Source: Minisyncoccia bacterium (GTDB lineage: Bacteria; Patescibacteriota; Minisyncoccia; Phycocordibacterales; UBA9973). Taken from it: 64,000 nucleotides of DNA. The notes under the pieces are model-generated. The model searched no databases. It was not told where the DNA came from and saw only the letters and a list, made by a program, of their open reading frames with translations. The stretch lies in NCBI GenBank assembly GCA_044229265.1, contig JBGATK010000004.1, positions 252-64,251 of the forward strand, given 5' to 3'. The position numbers and the translations under genes were made by a program. Below are positions 9,295 through 18,759 of this stretch, one piece after another. Within the stretch, counting starts at the first letter, position 1; each line of letters begins with the position of its first letter.

Positions 9295-11934
9295 ATGGAA
9301 AAAAATATACAACCATGGGCTTTAAATAAAGAAGATGCATTGTTTTCTTTGGAATCTAAATTGTCCGGCCTTGTTTCTAGTGAAGTTGCAAAAAGAACAA
9401 AAATTTACGGCAGTAATATTTTTCATGCAAAAGAAAAAGGTAAACTTTTTTCTTTATTTGGGAAACAATTTTTAAGTCCACTCATATTCCTACTTGTCAT
9501 GGCGTCTGTTCTTACTTATTTGCTTGGTGAATGGCTGAACACTTTTGTAATTTTATTTGCTGCACTTTTAAATGTATTTTTGGGTTTTTATCATGAATAT
9601 CACGCTGAAAATACTTTAGAAAAATTGACTACTTATATAAAAGATAGAGCCAAAGTTCTTCGTGATGGTATCGAGCAAGAGGTGGACGCTGAAACTTTAG
9701 TACCCGGCGATATTGTAAAACTTTCTTATGGTTCTCGTATTTCTGCAGATGCTCGTATTTTGACTGCAAATAATTTACGTATCGATGAAGCTATTTTGAC
9801 CGGTGAGTCTTTGCCTGTATCTAAAAAAGAAGAAGAATTACCCGTGTCTAGCATGATAACAGAGCGGACCAATATTGCTTTTGCTGGAACTTTGGTTGTA
9901 GAGGGCTATGCCACAGCATTGGTTTTTGCTACTGGTAATAATACTGAGATAGGAAAAATAGCCGGTATTGTTTCTAAGATAGACAGAGTAAAAACTCCTT
10001 TGCAAAAAGGAATCGACCATATAGCTTGGATTATTTTTATTTTAGTAATAGCTATAGTTGGAGTTTTGTTTGTTCTTGGTGTATCGAAAGGTATTCCAAT
10101 TTTACCCATGCTTATTCTTTCTTCTGCTGTAGCGGTCGGAGCTGTGCCTGAGAGTTTGCCTATAGCTATGACGGTGATTTTATCTTTAGGTGCAGAACAG
10201 CTTGCTAAGAAAAAAGGAATTATCAAGAAACTTTCAGCTACTGAAACTCTTGGTTCTACCACCTTAATTATGACTGATAAAACTGGCACACTCACCATGG
10301 CAGATATGAAGCTAACAGGTATTTATGATAGAAATATGATCTTAAATAATAAGGAGGCTGATATGGAAAAAGTTTCCGAAACACAAAAAAGTTTACTAGC
10401 TCATGCTATTTTAAATACTGACATAACTATAGAAAATATAAATGATGAAAAAAACAAATGGGTTTTTAGAGGTAGACCTTTTGAAATAAATATTGTTAAG
10501 GCTTGTCGTGATTATGGAATTTCTTTAGATAAATTTATCTCTAATATCGCTACGGTAATTTTGCCATTTAATTCCACTAATAAATTTTCTGTTGGTAAGC
10601 ATGGTGAAAAATATTCTGTTTTAGGAGCTCCAGATATATTGCTTAAAAGATCTAGTTTATCAAAAGAAGAATATATGCTTTTTGAAGAATGGATTTCTAA
10701 AACCAGTAGAGAAGGTAAGCGAATAATAGGAGTAGCTAATTTACCTAAAAAACATCATCGCACAGATTTAAAAGCTGATGAGGTTGATGAATTAGAATTT
10801 CTCGGCATACTAGCTTTTTTTGATCCAATAAGGCCAGAAGTTCCTGGGGCTATTAAAAACATAGAAAGTCATGGATTAAAAATAGTTTTAATTACTGGGG
10901 ACTTGGTTGGTACTGCAAAATCTGTGGCTAAAGATTTGGGCTGGTTTATAAAAGATGATCAAGTGCTATCAGGAGCTGAAATAAAATCTATGAGTGACGA
11001 CGAGCTATTTTCTGCAATACCGCGAATCAAAATATTTGCGCGAGTTACTCCTGAAGATAAATTGCGTATCGGTCAGCTCTATCAAAAACATGGAGAAATA
11101 GTTGCGATGACAGGTGATGGGGTAAATGATGCACCGGCCCTCAAAGCTATGGATATGGGAATTTCTCTTGGCACTGGTTCTGATGTAGCAAAAGCCGCTG
11201 CAGACTTGGTTTTACTTGATGATAATTTTCAAACCATATCGGATGCCATAGATGAAGGGCGCAGAATACTTGGAAATATTCGTAAAACTTTTGTTTATTT
11301 GCTTTCTAATTCGCTCGATGAAGTAGTGGTAGTAGGGGGGAGTTTAATTATGGGGCTTGCTATACCTATTACTGCACTACAAATTATTTGGGTTAATCTT
11401 TTTACAGGAGCACTGCCAGCTCTTTCTTTTGCTTTCGACCAAGATTTAGATAAAGAAATGTATAAAGGAAATACCTTGAAGAAAATTTTTACCAATGAAG
11501 TAAACTTTCTTATTTTCGGTATTGGCATATTGTCTTCTTTATTTTTATTTGCACTTTATTATTTTTTAAATAAACTCGGCATTCCCGAGGGAGTATTAAG
11601 GTCTATTTTCTTTGTTTGTTTTTCTTCTTATATATTAGTTATATCTTTTTCTTTTCGTTCGCTCCACAAAAGTATTTTCTCTTTCGATGTTTTTTCAAAT
11701 AAAAAGTTAAATTACAGTATTTTGATTTCAATTCTAATTTTGATTTTAACTATGACAATAGAGCCGGTGCGAAATATATTTGAGATTGATCCGATGCCTA
11801 TTTCTTGGCTACCTTTTGTGTTTTTGTGGTTAATATTAAATTTAATTCTAGTTGAAGGCACAAAATATATCTTCCATAAAAGCCATTCTGTTTACAAGAA
11901 ACATAAAATAAAGAAATTTGCTGAGGTCTTCTAA
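9295..11934 (+). CDS. Cation-transporting P-type ATPase (type IIA-like)
   Basis: LTGES, VPESLP, DKTGTLT, TGD, MTGDGVNDAPAL. Confidence 0.95.
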   Translation: MEKNIQPWALNKEDALFSLESKLSGLVSSEVAKRTKIYGSNIFHAKEKGKLFSLFGKQFLSPLIFLLVMASVLTYLLGEWLNTFVILFAALLNVFLGFYHEYHAENTLEKLTTYIKDRAKVLRDGIEQEVDAETLVPGDIVKLSYGSRISADARILTANNLRIDEAILTGESLPVSKKEEELPVSSMITERTNIAFAGTLVVEGYATALVFATGNNTEIGKIAGIVSKIDRVKTPLQKGIDHIAWIIFILVIAIVGVLFVLGVSKGIPILPMLILSSAVAVGAVPESLPIAMTVILSLGAEQLAKKKGIIKKLSATETLGSTTLIMTDKTGTLTMADMKLTGIYDRNMILNNKEADMEKVSETQKSLLAHAILNTDITIENINDEKNKWVFRGRPFEINIVKACRDYGISLDKFISNIATVILPFNSTNKFSVGKHGEKYSVLGAPDILLKRSSLSKEEYMLFEEWISKTSREGKRIIGVANLPKKHHRTDLKADEVDELEFLGILAFFDPIRPEVPGAIKNIESHGLKIVLITGDLVGTAKSVAKDLGWFIKDDQVLSGAEIKSMSDDELFSAIPRIKIFARVTPEDKLRIGQLYQKHGEIVAMTGDGVNDAPALKAMDMGISLGTGSDVAKAAADLVLLDDNFQTISDAIDEGRRILGNIRKTFVYLLSNSLDEVVVVGGSLIMGLAIPITALQIIWVNLFTGALPALSFAFDQDLDKEMYKGNTLKKIFTNEVNFLIFGIGILSSLFLFALYYFLNKLGIPEGVLRSIFFVCFSSYILVISFSFRSLHKSIFSFDVFSNKKLNYSILISILILILTMTIEPVRNIFEIDPMPISWLPFVFLWLILNLILVEGTKYIFHKSHSVYKKHKIKKFAEVF

Positions 11935-11993
11935 AAACTAAAAAAATTGGCAAAATGCTAATTTTTTGGTATAAATAGATTTGTTCGATACAT

Positions 11994-12065
11994 GGTGCCT
12001 TTAGTTTAGTGGTAAAACTTCAGCTTGTGGAGCTGATATCGAGAGTTCGATTCTCTCAAGGCACC
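11994..12065 (+). tRNA. tRNA-His(GTG) with encoded G-1
   Basis: G-GTGCCTT/AAGGCAC-C, stem TCAGC/GCTGA, loop TTGTGGA, GAGAG-TTCGATT-CTCTC. Confidence 0.93.
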
Positions 12066-12069
12066 CAAT

Positions 12070-12444
12070 TTAATTTAGATTTTCTATAATTTTGTTTTTA
12101 TTTTCTTCGAAAGCATTTACATCTCCTACAGTTTCAGGCCAGACCCATATGTGTGCATGGAGGACTTCTTCACCGTAAATCTGACTTCGCACAATGTCGG
12201 CACCAAAAGCTTTCTTTTGGGCGAGGGCTATTTTTTTAACTAATTCGAAATATTCACCTGTATTTGGAGTATCCCATACATATCGATAGTGATTTTTAGG
12301 AATTACTTGAGTGTGCCCGGGTCCCATAGGACGAATGTCTAAAAATGCTAAAAAATTTTCATCTTCATATACTATATGAGCTGGGATTTCTTTTTTTACT
12401 ATTTTACAAAAAATACAGTTAGTATCTATATTATTTTCATTCAT
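12070..12444 (-). CDS. HIT family protein
   Basis: CIFCKIV, FLDIRP, GHTQVIPK, HAHIW (variant of HxHxH). Confidence 0.9.
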   Translation of the reverse strand: MNENNIDTNCIFCKIVKKEIPAHIVYEDENFLAFLDIRPMGPGHTQVIPKNHYRYVWDTPNTGEYFELVKKIALAQKKAFGADIVRSQIYGEEVLHAHIWVWPETVGDVNAFEENKNKIIENLN

Positions 12445-12478
12445 GCGGATATTATAGCAAATATGCTAAAATTGCATA

Positions 12479-14167
12479 ATGCAAAAGCATTCAGAACTAG
12501 TTTTAAAACTTTTAGAGAAAAGGGGAATAGTGGAAGAGCAAGAGATAGAAAAATTCTTAAACCCCGACTACGAGCGGGATATTTTTGACCCGTATTTATT
12601 TCATGATATGGAAAAAGCTTGCGTAAGGCTTTATGAGGCAATAGACAATAATCAAAAAATAATTATTTATGCAGATTACGATTGTGATGGTATACCAGGG
12701 GCAGTGATACTTTCTGATTTATTTAAGAAAATTAATTATACAAATTACGAAGTATATATTCCTGAGCGGAATTCGGAGGGGTATGGACTGAATATGGAAG
12801 CTATAGAAATTTTCTCTGGGCGGGATGTGAAGTTAATAATCACTATTGATTTGGGTATTACTGCTATAGAAGAAGTAGCACAAGCAGAGGTTTACGGTAT
12901 GGACGTGATTATTACAGATCACCACCTACCTAAAGAAAATCTACCAAGAGCGTATGCAATATTGAATCCAAAAACTTATCCCGCTAATGGCGGGGCAGGT
13001 TACCCAGAGAAGATGCTGTGCGGAGCAGGCGTGATGTTTAAATTCGTCCAGGGTTTTGTAAAAAAGTACGGCGAATTTTATAAAATAAATACTGGCTGGG
13101 AGAAATGGCTACTCGATATGGCTGGGCTTGCGACACTTTCAGATATGGTGCCACTTGTGGGGGAGAATAGAGCTATAGCATATTTCGGACTCAAAGTTTT
13201 CCGTAAATCTCCGCGTCCTGGCTTGCAAAAACTTCTCGCAAAAATGAATATCGAGCAAAAAACTATTTCAGAGGATGACATAGGTTTTATGGTAACTCCT
13301 CGCTTAAATGCAGCATCGAGGATGGACTCGCCAATGCGAGCTTTTGAACTCCTCGCTACGAATGATGAGGTAAAGGCAGGAATGCTAGCGACTCACCTTA
13401 CAAAAATAAATGATGAGCGTAAACACATAGTGCTGGGTTATATGAAGCATGTAAAAAAAGTTTTCGAGCATAAAGAAATTCGCGAAGTTATAGTTATAGG
13501 TGCTCCAGAGTGGCGGGTGGGAGTGCTCGGCCTTGTGGCTGGAAAAATCGCAGATGAATACAATAAGACTGTTTTTGTATGGGGTAGAGATGAGAATGAT
13601 AAAATCAAAGGTTCTTGCCGAAGTCCTGGAACTTGCTCGGTAGTAGAACTGATGGCAAATACAAATGATCATTTCCTCGAGTATGGCGGGCATGAACTAG
13701 CCGGAGGGTTCACCGTGAATAATGACAAAATTCATTTTTTGGAAGATGCTCTAGTTGAAGCATTTGAGAAAATTACCTCCCTCCCCCTTAATAAGGGGGA
13801 GGTGCCAAAGGCGGAGGGGGTCTATGATTTAAAACTCACTCTCGCAGATGTAAATATATTCAATTGGAATGAGATGGAGAAGATGGCTCCATTTGGGCTT
13901 GCTAATCCAAAACCAGTTTTCCTTTTTGAAAATGTAAAAATAGAAAAGATAAAAGCTTTCGGCAAAAATGGTTCTGGTGAACACCTCGAAATTACTTTTT
14001 CTGATGAAACAAAAAGGGCAGTTGTAGCAATATCATTTTTCTCTGGACTAGATTCATTCAGTAGAGATATAAGCGAAGGTGGCAGAGTAAACCTCATAGC
14101 CACATTTGACCTCTCCCGTTTCCGAGGCCGCCCCGAGCTTCGCCTGCGAATTGTTGATATAATATAA
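12479..14167 (+). CDS. recJ: ssDNA-specific exonuclease RecJ
   Basis: DYDCDG, ITDHH, PRLNAASR, GGHELAGG, APFGLANPKP. Confidence 0.95.
   Translation: MQKHSELVLKLLEKRGIVEEQEIEKFLNPDYERDIFDPYLFHDMEKACVRLYEAIDNNQKIIIYADYDCDGIPGAVILSDLFKKINYTNYEVYIPERNSEGYGLNMEAIEIFSGRDVKLIITIDLGITAIEEVAQAEVYGMDVIITDHHLPKENLPRAYAILNPKTYPANGGAGYPEKMLCGAGVMFKFVQGFVKKYGEFYKINTGWEKWLLDMAGLATLSDMVPLVGENRAIAYFGLKVFRKSPRPGLQKLLAKMNIEQKTISEDDIGFMVTPRLNAASRMDSPMRAFELLATNDEVKAGMLATHLTKINDERKHIVLGYMKHVKKVFEHKEIREVIVIGAPEWRVGVLGLVAGKIADEYNKTVFVWGRDENDKIKGSCRSPGTCSVVELMANTNDHFLEYGGHELAGGFTVNNDKIHFLEDALVEAFEKITSLPLNKGEVPKAEGVYDLKLTLADVNIFNWNEMEKMAPFGLANPKPVFLFENVKIEKIKAFGKNGSGEHLEITFSDETKRAVVAISFFSGLDSFSRDISEGGRVNLIATFDLSRFRGRPELRLRIVDII
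13775..13822. repeat. GC-rich palindromic element in-frame within recJ
   Basis: CCTCCCCCTTA-A-TAAGGGGGAGG perfect inverted repeat (13780-13802) plus GCC-AAA-GGC hairpin; encodes TSLPLNKGEVPKAEGV. Confidence 0.7.
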
Positions 14168-14175
14168 AAATAATT

Positions 14176-14640
14176 ATGCAAAACAAAATTACAATATATA
14201 CAGATGGTGCTGCACGGGGGAATCCGGGTCCTGCTGGGTGGGGAGTGCTGATTATGCAAGGTGATAAAGAGATAGAGTTAGGTGGTAGAGTAGGCCACGG
14301 AACGAATAATCAAATGGAACTTCAAAGTGCTATCGAAGCTTTGAAATATGTAAAAAATAATTTTTCTTATCCAGGCCCTATCGAAATTTATGCGGATTCA
14401 AAATATGTAATACTCGGAATTACAGAGTGGATACATGGTTGGATAAAAAATTCTTGGCGTAATGCTGCAAAAAAGCCAGTACTTAATCGCGAGCAGTGGC
14501 AAGAGCTTTATGATCTTTCTGGGAATTTTAAAATATCTTGGCATTATGTAGAGGGTCATAGTGGACATAAATATAATGACAGGGTAGATGAAATAGCTAC
14601 GAATTTTGCTGACGGCAATATTATAGGATTAAGTAAATAA
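14176..14640 (+). CDS. rnhA: Ribonuclease HI
   Basis: YTDGAARGNPGPAGWG, TNNQMEL, DSKYV, GHSGHKYNDRVD. Confidence 0.95.
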   Translation: MQNKITIYTDGAARGNPGPAGWGVLIMQGDKEIELGGRVGHGTNNQMELQSAIEALKYVKNNFSYPGPIEIYADSKYVILGITEWIHGWIKNSWRNAAKKPVLNREQWQELYDLSGNFKISWHYVEGHSGHKYNDRVDEIATNFADGNIIGLSK

Positions 14641-14641
14641 A

Positions 14642-16153
14642 ATGCGAGATAAAATTTTCTACACTTCTATATTCGGTTTTATAACCGGAGTATTTTTGCA
14701 TTCGATTTTTGAGATCTCTTTAATTTTTATATTACTTATTTTAATTTTAGGCATTTCTGGAATTTTATTTTTTAAATACATTTATATTCTGCGCTGGCCT
14801 GTAATTGTCAGTTTTTTTGTTTTATTTTTAGCTTTTGGTTTTTTGCGTTTTCATATTGCAGAGATAAATTTGAGAGATTCACTTGCAAGTTTCGTAGATA
14901 AGAAAGTTTTATTCGACGCCAGAGTGATTACTGATCCTAGTAAAAAAGAATACAGTCAGAGTTTTATAGTTCTTTTTGAAAAAGGAGAAGTAAAAGCCAA
15001 AATCTTAGTTAGTGCTAGTAAGAATATTGATTTTTCTTATGGCGATACTGTCCATATAGAAGGCATACTCAGTAAGCCTGATAATTTTGAAACTAATGCT
15101 GGTAAGAATTTTGACTATATTTCGTATTTAAAAAAGGACGGTATTTTGTATATTATGAAATCTCCAGAAATAGAAATTATTTCTAAAAATGAAAATTTTT
15201 CTATTAAGAAATATTTATTTTTATTTAAAAATAACTTTTTGAGTAAATTAGAAAAGGTAGTAGCCATGCCCGAGAGGGCATTACTTTCTGGATTACTTTT
15301 GGGTGAGAGGGCAGAAATACCAAAAGACCTGCAAGAAGATTTTATTAAAACCGGCACGATACACATAGTAGCTCTTTCTGGATACAATATTACTATCATA
15401 GCCACATGGCTTATCAGTATTTTTCTTTTTCTTTTTTCTATTTTTGGTTTTATAAAGAAAAGGGAGTATGCTTTTGTGTGCGGAATTTTAGGTATAGTAC
15501 TTTTTGTACTTATGACTGGAGCTGAGGCTACTGCAGTGAGGGCAGGCATTATGGCTGGCCTGATGCTCCTTGGAAAAATACTTTCTCGTGAACGCGATAT
15601 TTTGCGTATCATGTTAATTACTGCACTTGTGATGATGCTAGTGAACCCTTTTATTTTGTATTTTGATGTTTCTTTTCAGCTTTCATTCATCGCTACTATT
15701 GCTGTGATATTCCTTTCTCCTAGATTAGAAAAATATTTTCTTTTCTTACCTAATATTTTTTCATTACGTGAAATAATAACCACCACTTTTTCAGCATATA
15801 TATTTGTCTTACCATTTGTGGTTTATGTCATGGGCACATTTTCTATTGTGGCCCTGCTCGCAAATACTCTGATACTACCCCTTATACCCCTTACCATGCT
15901 TTTCGGTTTTATGACTGGGGCTTTTGGATTCGTATCTTATTTTATATCTGCGCCATTTGGAATTATTACTTATAAGCTACTAAATTTAGAAATTTATTTA
16001 GCCGAATCTCTAGCGAATTGGCCATTTAGCCATTTCTACATAAACCATTTCCCATTAATTTTTGTAATTTTAATTTACGCTTATTTCATATACTTCCTCT
16101 TTGGAAAGGGCATAAAGGCTTATTTTGTGGTTGATTCTACTGTTCTTGAGTGA
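14642..16153 (+). CDS. comEC: ComEC/Rec2 competence channel (membrane part, no MBL domain)
   Basis: DUF4131-like OB region, GTIHIVALSGYN, VRAGIM, SFQLSF. Confidence 0.9.
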   Translation: MRDKIFYTSIFGFITGVFLHSIFEISLIFILLILILGISGILFFKYIYILRWPVIVSFFVLFLAFGFLRFHIAEINLRDSLASFVDKKVLFDARVITDPSKKEYSQSFIVLFEKGEVKAKILVSASKNIDFSYGDTVHIEGILSKPDNFETNAGKNFDYISYLKKDGILYIMKSPEIEIISKNENFSIKKYLFLFKNNFLSKLEKVVAMPERALLSGLLLGERAEIPKDLQEDFIKTGTIHIVALSGYNITIIATWLISIFLFLFSIFGFIKKREYAFVCGILGIVLFVLMTGAEATAVRAGIMAGLMLLGKILSRERDILRIMLITALVMMLVNPFILYFDVSFQLSFIATIAVIFLSPRLEKYFLFLPNIFSLREIITTTFSAYIFVLPFVVYVMGTFSIVALLANTLILPLIPLTMLFGFMTGAFGFVSYFISAPFGIITYKLLNLEIYLAESLANWPFSHFYINHFPLIFVILIYAYFIYFLFGKGIKAYFVVDSTVLE

Positions 16154-16156
16154 GGA

Positions 16157-16186
16157 TTGACAAATCAGCATAAAGTGTGCTATAAT
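16157..16186 (+). promoter_or_regulatory. Near-consensus sigma70 promoter
   Basis: TTGACA-N18-TATAAT with extended TG. Confidence 0.75.
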
Positions 16187-16278
16187 ATAGATAATATAGT
16201 GAACTTTAAAAAATGAGTTTTTTGCGTTTTCAAAGGGCGTATTTGTGCTTTTTGATAACGTTAAAAACTCAATAAATT

Positions 16279-17178
16279 ATGCAAAAAATTATTTTATTTT
16301 TCTTGGCGTTCTTCGCCGTAAACTTTATTTTTTCACAGGGATTAGATGACATGATCCTTAATATGGATAAAAAAATTCCGATTCTTGACTCTGATGGGAC
16401 AGTAATTTACGAATTACTCCCGCAACGGGAGAAATCCGATATTTATTACTCAGATGAATTGAGAGACCCATGCCCACCATGTCGGTGTTTGCAGTCAAAA
16501 CCGGCAAAAAAATCAACATCTGCTCCGAAACCTAGCACTACAGGTAACATTAATATTATTAACATCTCAACCACGGAAGTATCTAGTGTTGAGATTGAAA
16601 ATTTTAATGGAAATACTGGAGGGGTAAATGTGAAAGTAAATGCAGGTGGTAAAGCTGGATGTCCTAAAAATAAAGTAGATACAGTAGTAATTCATGACGA
16701 TTTATATTGGCATGATAAAATTAAGTACCCGTTTATTTTTGGTGACTCTATAATCATGTCACCCATCGACGCACCAATTGCACTTCCTAACACTTTGAAA
16801 GGTGGTGGTGGAAATTATTTTCACTCTAACCCTAACCCGGATTCAGGAAATCAGAGTGGAGGAACTTTGTTTTCAGAAAAGTTTATGTTTCCGTTTTGGA
16901 TCGCACTTTTAATTGGGGGGTTGATGTTTCTAGGGCATTATTTGCTGAATCGTAGTAGAAGTTTTGGAACATCCAGTGTCACTTCTATTACCAGCGAAAC
17001 TTCAGCGCCACCCAGCAAGTCGGCGCCGATAGTATCTTCCAGTCCGGCAAAAACTGAAACCCCTGTTTCTGAAATTAAAAAAGAAGAAACAGAAGAATCA
17101 AAAAGCCGCAACAGGCAACATTATCGGGATTTAGGAAATGAAAGAAAATCCCAAGGAGGTGAAGAAGAAGCAGGATAA
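16279..17178 (+). CDS. Hypothetical exported/membrane-anchored protein
   Basis: Signal peptide, CPPCRC, C-terminal TM followed by S/P/E-rich tail. Confidence 0.7.
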   Translation: MQKIILFFLAFFAVNFIFSQGLDDMILNMDKKIPILDSDGTVIYELLPQREKSDIYYSDELRDPCPPCRCLQSKPAKKSTSAPKPSTTGNINIINISTTEVSSVEIENFNGNTGGVNVKVNAGGKAGCPKNKVDTVVIHDDLYWHDKIKYPFIFGDSIIMSPIDAPIALPNTLKGGGGNYFHSNPNPDSGNQSGGTLFSEKFMFPFWIALLIGGLMFLGHYLLNRSRSFGTSSVTSITSETSAPPSKSAPIVSSSPAKTETPVSEIKKEETEESKSRNRQHYRDLGNERKSQGGEEEAG

Positions 17179-17211
17179 AAGATAATTTTTTAACCCAAAA
17201 ATCGATTTGTT

Positions 17212-17367
17212 ATGAATGATTTATTTTTTGCCTTATGGGCAATAAGTTTATTTTGTATAGTAGGTGGGGCAATAGGCCTCATATTCTATGCAATAGAATT
17301 TATTCTGAAAATTTTAAAACTAGATCAAAAATATTTCGATCTTTGTTATAACTTTTTCAAAAAATAA
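17212..17367 (+). CDS. Small membrane protein (51 aa, not in ORF track)
   Basis: MNDLFFALWAISLFCIVGGAIGLIFYAIEFILK..., followed by a terminator. Confidence 0.5.
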   Translation: MNDLFFALWAISLFCIVGGAIGLIFYAIEFILKILKLDQKYFDLCYNFFKK

Positions 17368-17392
17368 AAAAAACATAACCGAAATTACACAC

Positions 17393-17430
17393 CAGTCCTT
17401 TTGCTTTTGCAGAAGGGCTGTTTTTATTTT
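17393..17430 (+). terminator. Intrinsic terminator
   Basis: CAGTCCTTTTGC-TTTT-GCAGAAGGGCTG plus T-tract. Confidence 0.7.
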
Positions 17431-17502
17431 ATTGGACAAATGTTTTTATGTGTGTTAAGGTAAAAATAGATAAGTTTTTTATAACCAATTAAATTCATAT
17501 TT

Positions 17503-17667
17503 ATGGGATGGATAGAGATTGAAAATCCAGTTATTTTTTTCTGGGTTCTTGTATCGGTTTTATTGTATTTCCTTGATAAAAAAATACAAAAAGAAAAAAA
17601 TTCTATAACCAAAAAAACGACGAATTATGAGTCAGAAAGAATGGAGAGATCCAAATTCGTTCTCTAG
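17503..17667 (+). CDS. Possible small single-TM protein (54 aa, not in ORF track)
   Basis: MGWIEIENPVIFFWVLVSVLLYFLDKK...; overlaps the next ORF start. Confidence 0.35.
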   Translation: MGWIEIENPVIFFWVLVSVLLYFLDKKIQKEKNSITKKTTNYESERMERSKFVL

Positions 17668-18070
17668 AAAATTAGAGGAAGAGAAAGGAAAAGGAAAAAA
17701 TGTGGTCTATTTAGATCCACCACCAAAAAATCCACCTTCGGAATTTTATCGTCCAGGTCATCCAGGTGGGCAGAATCATTCGCCAGTAGTTTCATCTTTT
17801 CAAAAGTGTAGCGAAGGCGAAGTTCACCAAAACCCAGAGTCGTTGACTGGTCTAGCAAGTTTGTTTCTTTTAGTTGAACCAGATGACTCAAAAATCAAGG
17901 TTGTTGGGTTTGTTTTATTGGCTATTGTTGTATCTTTGATAATTAGTTATTTTTATTTGCGTTTTATTAAAATTATAGAAAGCAGAAAAAGTAAAAAAAT
18001 TGGCATCAAAGAAGCAGAAAAAAATAACCAAGAACAAGAAAAGGAGGATGAAGACTTGGGTTATTGTTAG
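17627..18070 (+). CDS. Hypothetical single-TM protein
   Basis: Pro-rich N-terminus, one TM, charged tail. Confidence 0.6.
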   Translation: MSQKEWRDPNSFSRKLEEEKGKGKNVVYLDPPPKNPPSEFYRPGHPGGQNHSPVVSSFQKCSEGEVHQNPESLTGLASLFLLVEPDDSKIKVVGFVLLAIVVSLIISYFYLRFIKIIESRKSKKIGIKEAEKNNQEQEKEDEDLGYC

Positions 18071-18105
18071 GATTGTTAGGAAAAGAATTAAAACCAATTA
18101 GGTTT

Positions 18106-18140
18106 AGGCCGGCACGAATGTTGCTGGCCTCTTTTATTTT
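18106..18140. terminator. Terminator hairpin between convergent genes
   Basis: AGGCCGGCA..TGCTGGCCT followed by a T-rich run. Confidence 0.6.
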
Positions 18141-18742
18141 ATAGCGTTTAGATAATTTTGCTCAATTACAGCCCAATTTAAATTTTCAAAAAATGCCTCT
18201 ATGTATTTTTTCTTTTCACTTGTAGGGTAGTCATACACATACGCATGTTCCCACATATCTATCGCGAGTATCATTTTGCAACCATTTAATTGGCCCAAGT
18301 GTTGCTCATCTATCCACGATGCTATCAGCCTGTCGGAAATTTGATCATACCAAAGCACTGCCCAACCTACACCACGAGTAAGGGCTAAATTTTTAAAACC
18401 CATTAGAAATATATCCATACCACCGCAAGTCTCTATCATTTTTTTATTTAATTCACTTTCAGGATTCCATGCTTTTGCCCCGCCAGAGAGGGAAGAGAAA
18501 TATATTTCATGGTTACGCATGCCATTATATTCAAAAGAAAATCTACGAAAAAGTTCGGCTATTAAATACGCGTTGTCTTTATTTTCAGCAAAAAATTCTT
18601 TTGATAATTCACTGATTTTTTCTACTATAGAGTTCGTATTGTTTACATAACCCGCATAAAGCTTTAAATGCTCTTCAATATTTTTACTACTTATACCTTT
18701 TAGCTCACCAATATTAAAATTTTTTTCTTCAAATTTAGTCAT
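18134..18742 (-). CDS. Fe/Mn superoxide dismutase family protein
   Basis: EHLKLYAGYV, NHEIYF, GVGWAVL, IDMWEHAY; start reassigned to MTKFEE. Confidence 0.88.
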   Translation of the reverse strand: MTKFEEKNFNIGELKGISSKNIEEHLKLYAGYVNNTNSIVEKISELSKEFFAENKDNAYLIAELFRRFSFEYNGMRNHEIYFSSLSGGAKAWNPESELNKKMIETCGGMDIFLMGFKNLALTRGVGWAVLWYDQISDRLIASWIDEQHLGQLNGCKMILAIDMWEHAYVYDYPTSEKKKYIEAFFENLNWAVIEQNYLNAIK

Positions 18743-18759
18743 GCTAGAATTATAGCATG
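18740..18759. promoter_or_regulatory. Bidirectional overlapping extended -10 leaderless promoter
   Basis: CATGCTAGAATTATAGCATG: TGC-TAGAAT-N6-ATG on + and TGC-TATAAT-N6-ATG on -. Confidence 0.7.
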
